Origin: Nemertoderma westbladi
Lineage: Eukaryota > Animalia > Xenacoelomorpha
Direction of reading: 5' to 3'
NCBI GenBank assembly: GCA_032718475.1
Contig: JAUCBJ010003571.1
Coordinates: forward strand, 1-64,000
DNA length: 64,000 nucleotides
The first letter of the stretch is position 1, and each line of letters opens with the position of its first letter. The notes beneath the pieces are model-generated. The model did not search any database and was not told the DNA's origin. It saw only the letters and a list, made by a program, of their open reading frames with translations. The translations under genes were made by a program, and so were the position numbers. Shown here piece after piece: positions 55,301 to 61,400 of this stretch.

Positions 55301-58228
55301 GATAAAACCCAACAGTTTTGAAAAACCCAACAGTTTTGATAAAACCCAACAGTTTTGAAAAAAACCCAACAGTTTTGACAAAACCCAACAGTTTTGAAAA
55401 ACCCAACAGTTTTGACAAAACCCAACAGTTTTGATAAAACCCAACAGTTTTAACAAAACCCAGCAGTTTTGACAATACCCAACAGTTTTGAAAAAAACCC
55501 AACAGTTTTGACAAAACCCAACAGTTTTGAAAAACCCAACAGTTTTGACAAAACCCAACAGTTTTGAAAAACCCAACAGTTTTGATAAAACCCAACAGTT
55601 TTGAAAAAAACCCAACAGTTTTGACAAAACCCAACAGTTTTGAAAAACCCAACAGTTTTGATAAAACCCAACAGTTTTAACAAAACCCAACAGTTTTGAA
55701 AAACCCAACAGTTTTGATAAAACCCAACAATTTTGATAAAACCCAACAGTTTTGAAAAAAACCCAACAGTTTTGACAAAACCCAACAGTTTTGAAAAACC
55801 CAACAGTTTTGATAAAACCCAACAGTTTTGAAAAGCCCAACAGTTTTGACAAAACCCAACAGTTTTGATAAAACCCAACAGTTTTGACAAAACCCAGCAG
55901 TTTTGACAATACCCAACAGTTTTGAAAAAAACCCAACAGTTTTGACAAAACCCAACAGTTTTGAAAAACCCAACAGTTTTGATAAAACCCAACAGTTTTG
56001 AAAAACCCAACAGTTTTGACAAAACCCAACAGTTTTGAAAAACCCAACAGTTTTGATAAAACCCAACAGTTTTGACAATACCCAACAGTTTTGAAAAAAC
56101 CCAACAGTTTTGACAAAACCCAACAGTTTTGAAAAACCCAACAGTTTTGATAAAACCCAACAGTTTTGAAAAACCCAACAGTTTTGACAAAACCCAACAG
56201 TTTTGAAAAACCCAACAGTTTTGATAAAACCCAACAGTTTTGACAAAACCCAACAGTTTTGAAAAACCCAACAGTTTTGACAAAACCCAACAGTTTTGAC
56301 AAAACCCAACAGTTTTGACAAAACCCAACAGTTTTGACAAAATCCAACAGTTTTGACAATACCCAACAGTTTTGAAAAAACCCAACAGTTTTGACAAAAC
56401 CCAACAGTTTTGAAAAACCCAACAGTTTTGACAAAACCAACAGTTTTGACAAAACCCAACAGGTTTGTCCAAGCCCATCAGATTTGAAAAAACCCAACAG
56501 GTTTGACAAAACCCAACAGTTTTGGCACATAATTTATTACGAGGAACAGTCTCAATCATATTGCTATATTGTGTCTGTTTATCGCTTTGGTTAGAATAAT
56601 TTTGTTGGTTCTTACATGATATTTGAAAGCACTGCATAATTATCAATACATTCAATCATATTAAACCAGGAGGTCAATCCAACCGTTCTTTTTTTGTTAT
56701 ATCTCTGAAGCACACTGAGTTGGGAATCGGAAATGTTATGACATTTCCTAAAAATCTTTTGTCTTCGTAATAGTGAAAACTGTTTTTGAAATATAGCACC
56801 ATTTGCCCCTATATTTTTAAGCCATTTTTGAGAATTCCTTTCCATGAAATATGAATTGTAGCATCTCTATTTTTGAGTAACCTGTTTTTGGGTTCGATAT
56901 GGAATACATATAAAATGTGCTAGAAATTTGAAAATCCATCCAGTAGATGAATTAATTGTGACATCTTGTTTCTTTTACGATATATACGATTTGCGATATA
57001 CTCAAAAATAGAGATGTGCAGGAGTATTTCGTACATGTGTAGGAGTTCTGAGTCCGATGGAGTAAAATAAAATGCTACTAGACAGACATCTTAAACATCT
57101 TAAACTTGCATTTTTGTAAGTGCAAAATGTGGTGTAAGCACCAAAATTTTACGCAATTTTGCACACTGGCAATGAACTGAATAAAGTATTTGAAATATAT
57201 CCATTATAATCAACTATTGACATCTTTCATAATAATACCGTAACCGTAACATATAATACGCATTTTGGTGATTTAATTACCAATTTGTTGAAGAAATAAA
57301 TACTTTGTTGTTGTAGACTAGTAAATCATATTACAATTCCTGATTTAGGTAATCCTAACTTACTTATTTTGGTTATATTTCCAATAAAACGATATTCTTA
57401 GTTTGAAATTAACTTTAAATAATATAGAGGTAAAAGTTGTGATAAAAAACCTAAAAGTTATTTTCTGCTATTTACAACTTACCTGCAGGAGAGTTTGTCA
57501 GTACCGATACATTGGCAATTAGTAGAACCGGGAGCACATTCGTAAGGGGCGCAGACACCCCGGTTTACAGGGTCTATTATGTACCCAGTCTTACATTGTT
57601 GGTTAATACCGTTATTCTCTGCTTGGCAACCACTCGATTTAGTTGGGTTACAATCTACGATAATTAATAATTGCATGTATGAAATTTATTCGTTTCTTAC
57701 TATTTGATTACAATTTTGTCATTAATAGACAGTTAGAGATACAGAGAACAAATAATCGTAAACCAGGATATACTGCACAGAGTGACAAATTCTGAATATA
57801 ATTTGATGTTTAAAATTCCGTAATACGCTTACGTAAGAATAGCAGTTCTGTTCACTTAATATTTACAATTATTATAAAAATAATAAATTCCATAATTATT
57901 CGCAATTCTAAATTTACAATTTAAATTGGAATTCTTCTTCAGATGCATTGTATAATATAATGCAGTATTTATTATTCCACACAATATGAATTTATTTCTA
58001 GAAAGATAATGATATGCTTTCTCTGCCAACAATAAAATTACATATAATAAATTAATTCAATAAATCAGTGAGAACATTATAATATATTTTAACCAACTCA
58101 CAATTATTAATAGAAATTGTAATATCAGATGACGTCATGGTAGCTATAACATTGGATTTGGTTCCTTGACAACGGTAGATTCCAGCGTCGCTAGCAACCG
58201 GGTTTGTTATTGTGTATTCCGCCGACGC
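7197..58228 (-). CDS. Large multi-exon gene (36 exons in window, 5' end outside): putative GPI-anchored Ig-superfamily / EGF-like Cys-rich / Ly6-uPAR mosaic cell-surface protein, at least 2019 aa
   Basis: Manual exon chain with canonical GT-AG sites and compatible phases at every junction; exon lengths sum to 6060 nt, ending in TAA at 7197-7199. Repeated Ig C...W...YxC motifs, Cys-rich repeats, terminal CCxxxxCN and hydrophobic tail. Confidence 0.9.
7561..7686 (-). CDS. Exon 35: Ly6/uPAR domain part 2
   Basis: VTYSSEGPTATRSCGGICPQNFKDVYCRDEEISGKTISECAK; phase 0->0. Confidence 0.87.
8451..8549 (-). CDS. Exon 34: Ly6/uPAR (three-finger) domain part 1
   Basis: LVNECYVCEGADCIGIPTQKQQCTRTTDFKSCW; phase 0->0. 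Confidence 0.87.
8550..8605 (-). other. Candidate recursive splice site (zero-length exon)
   Basis: attatttacAG|GTgagtactaac...ttgttgcag. Confidence 0.35.
9124..9128 (-). CDS. Exon 33: predicted 5-nt micro-exon (ATCCG, encodes D-P)
   Basis: tttctgcttctaatggatacag|ATCCG|gtaagt; supplies the phase 1->0 conversion needed between exons 32 and 34. Confidence 0.72.
9493..9606 (-). CDS. Exon 32: EGF-like
   Basis: ELTCMMGKPFCECPENAQRLKDCICKTNYEPLFDGSCS; phase 1->1. Confidence 0.85.
10703..10828 (-). CDS. Exon 31: EGF-like
   Basis: DICGKNPDPILKCDHLCDSTGCKCRDSYGLEYFPDMKRSLCK; phase 1->1. Confidence 0.85.
11333..11720 (-). mobile_element. RTE LINE 3' fragment with (TAG)n tail
   Basis: RLRFAGHCFRREDQPVHNLVLWQP...DREMWR; tactactactag tail at 11333-11344. 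Confidence 0.8.
11803..12006 (-). CDS. Exon 30: two EGF-like units
   Basis: KCDEANRYCSCSGTCQCEAGYTHTTSGTC...CKCNIGYSSDGAGKCT (CxCxxGY..C); phase 1->1. Confidence 0.88.
12818..12986 (-). CDS. Exon 29: Cys-rich/EGF-like
   Basis: VCVHGCSDVNHHLKNGECVPLQCNDPNSQLCECIESGCSCINNYVINLLNPVGVCK; phase 0->1. Confidence 0.87.
13403..13536 (-). CDS. Exon 28: Cys-rich
   Basis: YDCLPGGDSCKYSLDSSQPCGDSHSVTQCICEKGKVSKESSGAK; phase 1->0. Confidence 0.86.
13687..13941 (-). CDS. Exon 27: Ig C-half plus start of Cys-rich block
   Basis: ETGQTLTFPKITEGDTADYKCAARN...KQCLKGGILC...GNCI; phase 1->1. Confidence 0.9.
14486..14687 (-). CDS. Exon 26: Ig G-strand plus next Ig N-half
   Basis: SSIDNLASNRVKLEVTGP...GDYVELKCTGNGFPDIYEFQWFKGDVKLA; phase 0->1. 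Confidence 0.9.
15258..16050 (-). mobile_element. CR1/L2-type LINE 3' end with (ATCT)n tail
   Basis: NGIKNWNALPNEIKNLDNQHSFKSAVKSHL; AATAAA followed by (ATCT)n; internal duplication of about 95 bp in the 3' UTR (15468-15660). Confidence 0.75.
16287..16528 (-). CDS. Exon 25: Ig domain (most)
   Basis: GIDMRVDVP...VIFVCILDG...KDSGYYFCKH; phase 1->0. Confidence 0.88.
18622..18779 (-). CDS. Exon 24: Ig C-half
   Basis: PSGSAWVEQEVTQPTFPITNANAADNGGDYKCEASGSSATTYKSQKESFNVF; phase 2->1. Confidence 0.87.
19894..20002 (-). CDS. Exon 23: Ig N-half
   Basis: VLVVPSNTAKKGSSITFACAVNPTLDGTNSYKWYKR(L); phase 1->2. Confidence 0.85.
20364..23510 (+). mobile_element. piggyBac-superfamily DNA transposon, defective, right end not found
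   Basis: TTAA|CCCTTT left end at 20360-20369; repeated catatatgggc subterminal motif; transposase remnant inside. Confidence 0.8.
21115..23185 (+). pseudogene. piggyBac (PGBD-like) transposase pseudogene
   Basis: SIDEQMIPFKGR..LRQYLPNKPKQWGIK, YFDNYF, YNSRMGGVDLCD (three catalytic Asp present); frameshifts near 21620 and 21835, in-frame TAG at 22478-22480. Confidence 0.9.
23524..24698 (-). mobile_element. 5'-truncated RTE-clade LINE with 11-bp TSD
   Basis: GVLQGDTLAP, DFADDIALL, FQYLGS, IDGCYTRLLR; (TAG)n tail; TSD taagtgatact at 23513-23523 and 24699-24709. Confidence 0.9.
24828..24975 (-). CDS. Exon 22: Ig C-half
   Basis: MSISGNSLTISNVADTTQGGEYSCGVEAQSGSGDYSGKISGSVANVYVV; phase 0->1. Confidence 0.87.
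25765..25922 (-). CDS. Exon 21: Ig N-half
   Basis: DITVTYTYVENGGTITIELTCPTTFSPANLNNIGYFWELPSGQTIATNALPSG; phase 1->0. Confidence 0.87.
26280..26531 (-). CDS. Exon 20: complete Ig domain
   Basis: AIELTG...VTMDCVVQ...YAWTKNG...STYQCDVS...TVTFG; phase 1->1. Confidence 0.9.
27013..27172 (-). CDS. Exon 19: Ig-like C-half
   Basis: TATGTASVTTEISIADLKVHSGLDIKCHVTVFPKIKDTIINTFESTAVKYKYA; phase 0->1. Confidence 0.82.
27253..29002. mobile_element. Non-autonomous DNA transposon(s) with nested inverted repeats
   Basis: Outer IR tagtgaggg/ccctcacta; inner 20-bp IR ggataggtcttattaagggc (27328) / gtccttaattagacctatcc (28930-28949); third IR about 28212-28300 / 28617-28682. Confidence 0.65.
29196..29401 (-). 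CDS. Exon 18: Ig-like N-half
   Basis: DVKPATMCSVGNNNCPS...VRVTCVVNISP...AAIGE; phase 1->0. Confidence 0.83.
29538..29655 (-). CDS. Exon 17: Ig C-half
   Basis: NPSTATAQNTGAGKYECYVNEQGNTDDKVVSPIFYVFVI; phase 0->1. Confidence 0.85.
30146..30395. mobile_element. Small MITE-like element with (acgcct)n / (aggcgt-like)n ends
   Basis: Imperfect inverted termini; its core (30198-30310) recurs inverted at 32393-32492. Confidence 0.5.
31540..31712 (-). CDS. Exon 16: Ig N-half
   Basis: EITTTTNEH...ISLSCDYVSDPELSNPEYEWKKDGTTIVGGTNKLYTKQF; phase 1->0. Confidence 0.87.
32481..34215. repeat. 37-bp minisatellite (with 31-bp variants), roughly 48 copies
   Basis: gtaggcctaccggcttatacttgtacttgtatattgt. Confidence 0.97.
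34207..34485. repeat. 54-bp hairpin-containing tandem repeat, 5 copies
   Basis: tattgtgtaggcc-taggtgtt-ggcctacacaata-ccatcgtactgtacaactaa; 13-bp stem per unit. Confidence 0.95.
34531..34791 (-). CDS. Exon 15: complete Ig domain
   Basis: IVIDPNKLLVQKDEQIDLKCC...DYKWTG...PITCQLLDG...FKIVESV; phase 1->1. Confidence 0.87.
34983..35118. repeat. 27-bp tandem repeat, 5 copies
   Basis: ctagctactgtaagggccacctcacca. Confidence 0.92.
35488..35649 (-). CDS. Exon 14: Ig C-half
   Basis: RDSTGIAEESANGADSQVHKDDLVPFNVPYKCKIEISGGSPSVLETDPLTMKKI; phase 1->1. Confidence 0.8.
35963..36159 (-). CDS. Exon 13: Ig N-half
   Basis: IVVELLLSINVIP...GDQIRVTCSARTSSNDPFTVTIY; phase 2->1. Confidence 0.83.
36661..36838 (-). 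CDS. Exon 12: Ig C-half
   Basis: ATTAEYIWMTADD...PTSYKCAIKTADSGTKTLESVAKSI; phase 1->2. Confidence 0.85.
36867..38430. repeat. 94-bp highly homogeneous tandem repeat, about 16-17 copies, with CTCF-like motif
   Basis: gccgtgctaagcacgataaactggagctctattcgccccctagcggcatgcagatgactgtaaaagtctgtctgtgtgtagaattcctaattaa. Confidence 0.97.
38575..39440 (+). mobile_element. Gypsy-like LTR retrotransposon remnant (integrase C-terminus, PPT, probable 3' LTR)
   Basis: HQSTGLAEVSVKIV..GILELCNT..GRSPAQM; LDPGTKVLFQNP..W..G.V..RVYRRNRR; purine tract aagggaga followed by TG at 39261 and ending CTACA at 39440. Confidence 0.7.
39576..39771 (-). CDS. Exon 11: Ig C-half plus next Ig N-half
   Basis: IYSTSATGKYYCAAKLVAVGSVDQGIRSVTRTLSKVTAITVTGDNVIRMGNSVSALTCDVTIAPA; phase 0->1. 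Confidence 0.85.
39798..41364. mobile_element. TTAA-flanked piggyBac-type non-autonomous element
   Basis: TTAA at 39794-39797 and 41365-41368; imperfect TIR ccctattagtaccgg / ccgggtttaatatgg; subterminal ggggtcatattgacccc at both ends; internal imperfect repeats of about 150-180 bp. Confidence 0.8.
41390..45009. repeat. 57-bp minisatellite, about 63 copies
   Basis: ttacctttgttactatttataaaggtgcctactgtacttactttaataatgaatata; ends 5 nt inside exon 10. Confidence 0.97.
45005..45195 (-). CDS. Exon 10: Ig domain N-half (donor site overlaps the 57-bp satellite)
   Basis: ASTDENKLTVANTDNFLIENADSYPPLHCDIVES...KYEWYKDANAVNNQEAK; acceptor chosen for phase compatibility (1->0). Confidence 0.8.
45981..46872. 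mobile_element. Foldback/MITE with long inverted arms (about 290 bp)
   Basis: 45981-46270 is a near reverse complement of about 46490-46872 (same translated segments appear in ORFs 45961- and 46462+/46593+); G-run and C-run ends. Confidence 0.75.
46940..47233 (-). CDS. Exon 9: complete Ig domain
   Basis: EIRFSPGQ...MQCNVEP...YGWYKHE...SAQYTCRVAE...LFMFK; phase 1->1. Confidence 0.88.
47710..47888 (-). CDS. Exon 8: Ig domain C-half
   Basis: (W)FKDSTEIGSAVSATYSVDVSEISAAAYYSCSVN...FTLQLI; phase 2->1. Confidence 0.88.
48468..48633 (-). CDS. Exon 7: Ig domain N-half
   Basis: AISKPKVTNT...PVVLTCATD...TAYK(W); phase 1->2. Confidence 0.87.
49207..49387 (-). CDS. Exon 6: Ig domain C-half
   Basis: DLASSYSILSTSANGAISVTNSKVIIPIVSSGSKGFYRCSILKFDSQVVDKKVSSVLQIR; phase 0->1. 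Confidence 0.83.
49527..52184. repeat. About 110-bp direct repeat pair (49527-49636 and 52076-52184) flanking the CRE fragment
   Basis: aatttaatcaataattattattgtaaagaat..gacaccgtatctcaatttatatcactcaaaaaaa at both sites. Confidence 0.85.
50050..52070 (-). mobile_element. CRE-clade (RLE-type) non-LTR retrotransposon fragment, decayed
   Basis: LDKNPGIRPIGIGEVLR, IDATNAFN, SEEGSTQGDP; Zn knuckle RCACGSRFTASHVLSC + GGFPSIRHNEIRD; RLE motif ARLDVSASSFW..FDVSVFNP. Confidence 0.85.
52311..52334 (+). mobile_element. Helitron-like 3' terminus
   Basis: GC hairpin acgggcc-gcta-ggcccgt followed by CTAG|T. Confidence 0.6.
52655..52800 (-). CDS. Exon 5: Ig domain N-half
   Basis: KSYDAVPTLSVLSPVSTGGVIVVGESLTLECKISGAAIDAPVIFEHNTV; phase 1->0. 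Confidence 0.85.
52866..53090. repeat. 30-bp tandem repeat, about 7-8 copies
   Basis: caatacccaataaatagcctacctcacgga. Confidence 0.92.
53279..53509 (-). CDS. Exon 4: Cys-rich/EGF-like
   Basis: DIISACGAGNTDNCKTSGCSGGAGKCCNTGYITVQGGVCEFECDQKLPMC...DCDVGYTAKNRHCY; phase 1->1. Confidence 0.88.
53670..53705 (-). other. Candidate recursive splice site (zero-length exon)
   Basis: cactaac-atcagtatttattgtttctgccAG|GTaag. Confidence 0.45.
54399..54508 (-). CDS. Exon 3: Cys-rich
   Basis: RCAAGSVSVRSSQGERSCKTVCSDAAQTYNAEGTQCI; cag|...|gtaagt; phase 2->1. Confidence 0.85.
54897..56525. repeat. 18-20-bp minisatellite, roughly 85 copies
   Basis: aaaacccaacagttttga(c/t/a); each unit has a caaaac/gttttg mini-stem; stop-free on the minus strand, hence spurious long ORFs. 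Confidence 0.97.
57483..57654 (-). CDS. Exon 2: Cys-rich/EGF-like
   Basis: YCNPTKSSGCQAENNGINQQCKTGYIIDPVNRGVCAPYECAPGSTNCQCIGTDKLSC; phase 1->2. Confidence 0.88.
58102..58228 (-). CDS. Exon 1 in window: C-terminal half of Ig domain
   Basis: ASAEYTITNPVASDAGIYRCQGTKSNVIATMTSSDITISINN (DxGxYxC); tag|...|gtgagt; phase 0->1. Confidence 0.85.
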
Positions 58229-58459
58229 CTATAGATATTACATATATATATGTATATTACAGATTATAAATTTAGCAAGTCAAAGCCGTTGGGGTGTGGG
58301 ATCCGGTTACAAAAATTAAATATATAAATATAATTGTAAGGAAACCAAGATCAACCACGTTAAATAAAAATTATAAGAAATTACACAAGCTTTCGAAATA
58401 ATATAATATAGTAGTTCTTGTGACCTAATCAATTAATTTTCAATAAAGGGTATATCGAT

Positions 58460-61400
58460 ATTAATGGATATTACTTACACTAGAATATTAGCTCAATGCT
58501 TTGATTTAACTTAACTTACTGCAGATTACTTACCCAACATGAGCTCAATGCACTGATTTAACTTAAACTTACTAGAGATTACTTACCCAACATAGCTCAA
58601 TGCACTGCTTTAACTTAACTTACTGGAGATTACTTACCAAACATGAGCCCAATGCACTGATTTAAATTTACTTACTGGATATTACTTACCCAACATGAGC
58701 TCAACGCACTGATGTAACTTAACTTACTGGAGATTACTTACCCAACATGAGCTCAATGCACTGATTTAACTTAACTTACTGGAGATTACTTACTCAACAT
58801 GAGCTCAATGCACTGCTTTAACTTAACTTACTGGAGATAACTTACACAACATGAGCTCAATGCACTGATTTAACTAACTTAATGGATATTACTTACCCAA
58901 CATGAGCTCAATGCACTGATTTAACTTAACTTACTGGAGATTACTTACCCAACATAGCTCAATGCACTGCTTTAACTTAAACTTACTGGAGATTACTTAC
59001 GCAACATGAGATCAATGCACTGATTTAACTTAACTTACTGGAGATTACTTACCAAACATGAGCTCAATGCACTGATTTAACTTAACTTACTGGAGATTAC
59101 TTACCCAACATGAGCTCAATGCACTGCTTTAACTTAACTTACTGGAGATTACTTACCCAACATGAGCTCAATGCACTGCTTTAACTTAACTTACTGGAGA
59201 TTACTTACCAAACATGAGCTCAATGCACTGATTTAACTTAACTTACTGGAGATTACTTACCCAACATGAGCTCAATTCACTGCTTTAACATAACTTACTG
59301 GAGATTACTTACCCAACATAGCTCAATGCACTGCTTTAACTTAAACTTACTGGAGATTACTTACCCAACATGAGCTCAATGCACTGCTTTAACTTAAACT
59401 TACTGGAGATTACTTACCCTACATGAGCTCAATGCACTGCTTTAACTTAACTTACTGGAGATTACTTACCCAACATGAGCTCAATGCAATGCTTTAACTT
59501 AACTTACTGGAGATTACTTACCCAACATAGCTCAATGCACTGTTTTAACTTAACTTACTGGAGATTACTTACCAAACATGAGCCCAATGCACTGATTTAA
59601 ATTTACTTACTGGATATTACTTACCCAACATGAGCTCAACGCACTGATGTAACTTAACTTACTGGAGATTACTTACCCAAAATGAGCTCAATGCACTGAT
59701 TTAACTTAACTTACTGGGATTACCTACTCAACATGAGCTCAATGCACTGCTTTAACTTAACTTACTGGAGATAACTTACACAACATGAGCTCAATGCACT
59801 GATTTAACTAACTTAATGGATATTACTTACCCAACATGAGCTCAATGCACTGATTTAACTTAACTTACTGGAGATTACTTACCCAACATGAGCTCAATTC
59901 ACTGCTTTAACATAACTTACTGGAGATTACTTACCCAACATAGCTCAATGCACTGCTTTAACTTAAACTTACTGGAGATTACTTACCCAACATGAGCTCA
60001 ATGCACTGCTTTAACTTAAACTTACTGGAGATTACTTACCCAACATGAGCTCAATGCACTGATTTAACTTAACTTACTGGATATTACTTACCCAACATGA
60101 GCTCAATTCACTGCTTTAACATAACTTACTGGAGATTACTTACCCAACATAGCTCAATGCACTGCTTTAACTTAATTTACTGGAGATTACTTACCCAACA
60201 TGAGCTCAATGCACTGCTTTAACTTAATTTACTGGAGATTACTTACCCAACATGAGCTCAATGCACTGCTTTAACTTAAACTTACTGGAGATTACTTACC
60301 CAACATGAGCTCAATGCACTGATTTAACTTAACTTACTGGAGATTACTTACCCAACATGAGCTCAATTCACTGCTTTAACATAACTTACTGGAGATTACT
60401 TACCCAACATAGCTCAATGCACTGCTTTAACTTAAACTTACTGGAGAATACTTACCCAACATGAGCTCAATTCACTGCTTTAACATAACTTACTGGAGAT
60501 TACTTACCCAACATAGCTCAATGCACTGCTTTAACTTAAACTTACTGGAGATTACTTACCCAACATGAGCTCAATGCACTGATTTAACTTAACTTACTGG
60601 AGATTACTTACCCAACATGAGCTCAATGCACTGCTTTAACTTAACTTACTGGAGATTACTTACCCAACATGAGCTCAATGCACTGCTTTAACTTAAACTT
60701 ACTGGAGATTACTTACCAAACATGAGCTCAATGCACTGCTTTAACTTAAACTTACTGGAGATTACTTACCCAACATGAGCTCAATGCACTGCTTTAACTT
60801 AAACTTACTGGAGATTACTTACCCAACATGAGCTCAATGCACTGCTTTAACTTAAACTTACTGGAGATAACTTACCCAACATGAGCTCAATGCACTGCTT
60901 TAACTTAAACTTACTGGAGATTACTTACCCAACATAGCTCAATGCACTGCTTTAACTTAAACTTACTGGAGATTACTTACCCAACATGAGCTCAATGCAC
61001 TGATTTAACTTAACTTACTGGAGATTACTTACCCAACATAGCTCAATGCACTGCTTTAACTTAAACTTACTGGAGATTACTTACCCAACATGAGCTCAAT
61101 GCACTGATTTAACTTAACTTACTGGAGATTACTTACCCAACATGAGCTCAATGCACTGCTTTAACTTAACTTACTGGAGATTACTTACCCAACATGAGCT
61201 CAATGCACTGCTTTAACTTAAACTTACTGGAGATTACTTACCCAACATGAGCTCAATGCACTGATTTAACTTAACTTACTGGAGATTACTTACCCAACAT
61301 GAGCTCAATGCACTGCTTTAACTTAACTTACTGGAGATTACTTACCCAACATGAGCTCAATTCACTGCTTTAACATAACTTACTGGAGATTACTTACCCA

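Noticed and set aside
54818-56655. 570-aa and overlapping ORFs (LSKLLGF/QNCWV)n
   Set aside because: Stop-free 19-bp satellite, open in all three minus frames; artefact.
7197-58228. Assigning a gene name (hemicentin, Dscam, contactin, FuHC, Alr)
   Set aside because: No FnIII, VWA, TSP1, transmembrane-plus-cytoplasmic tail or recognisable orthologous sequence; no symbol is supportable.
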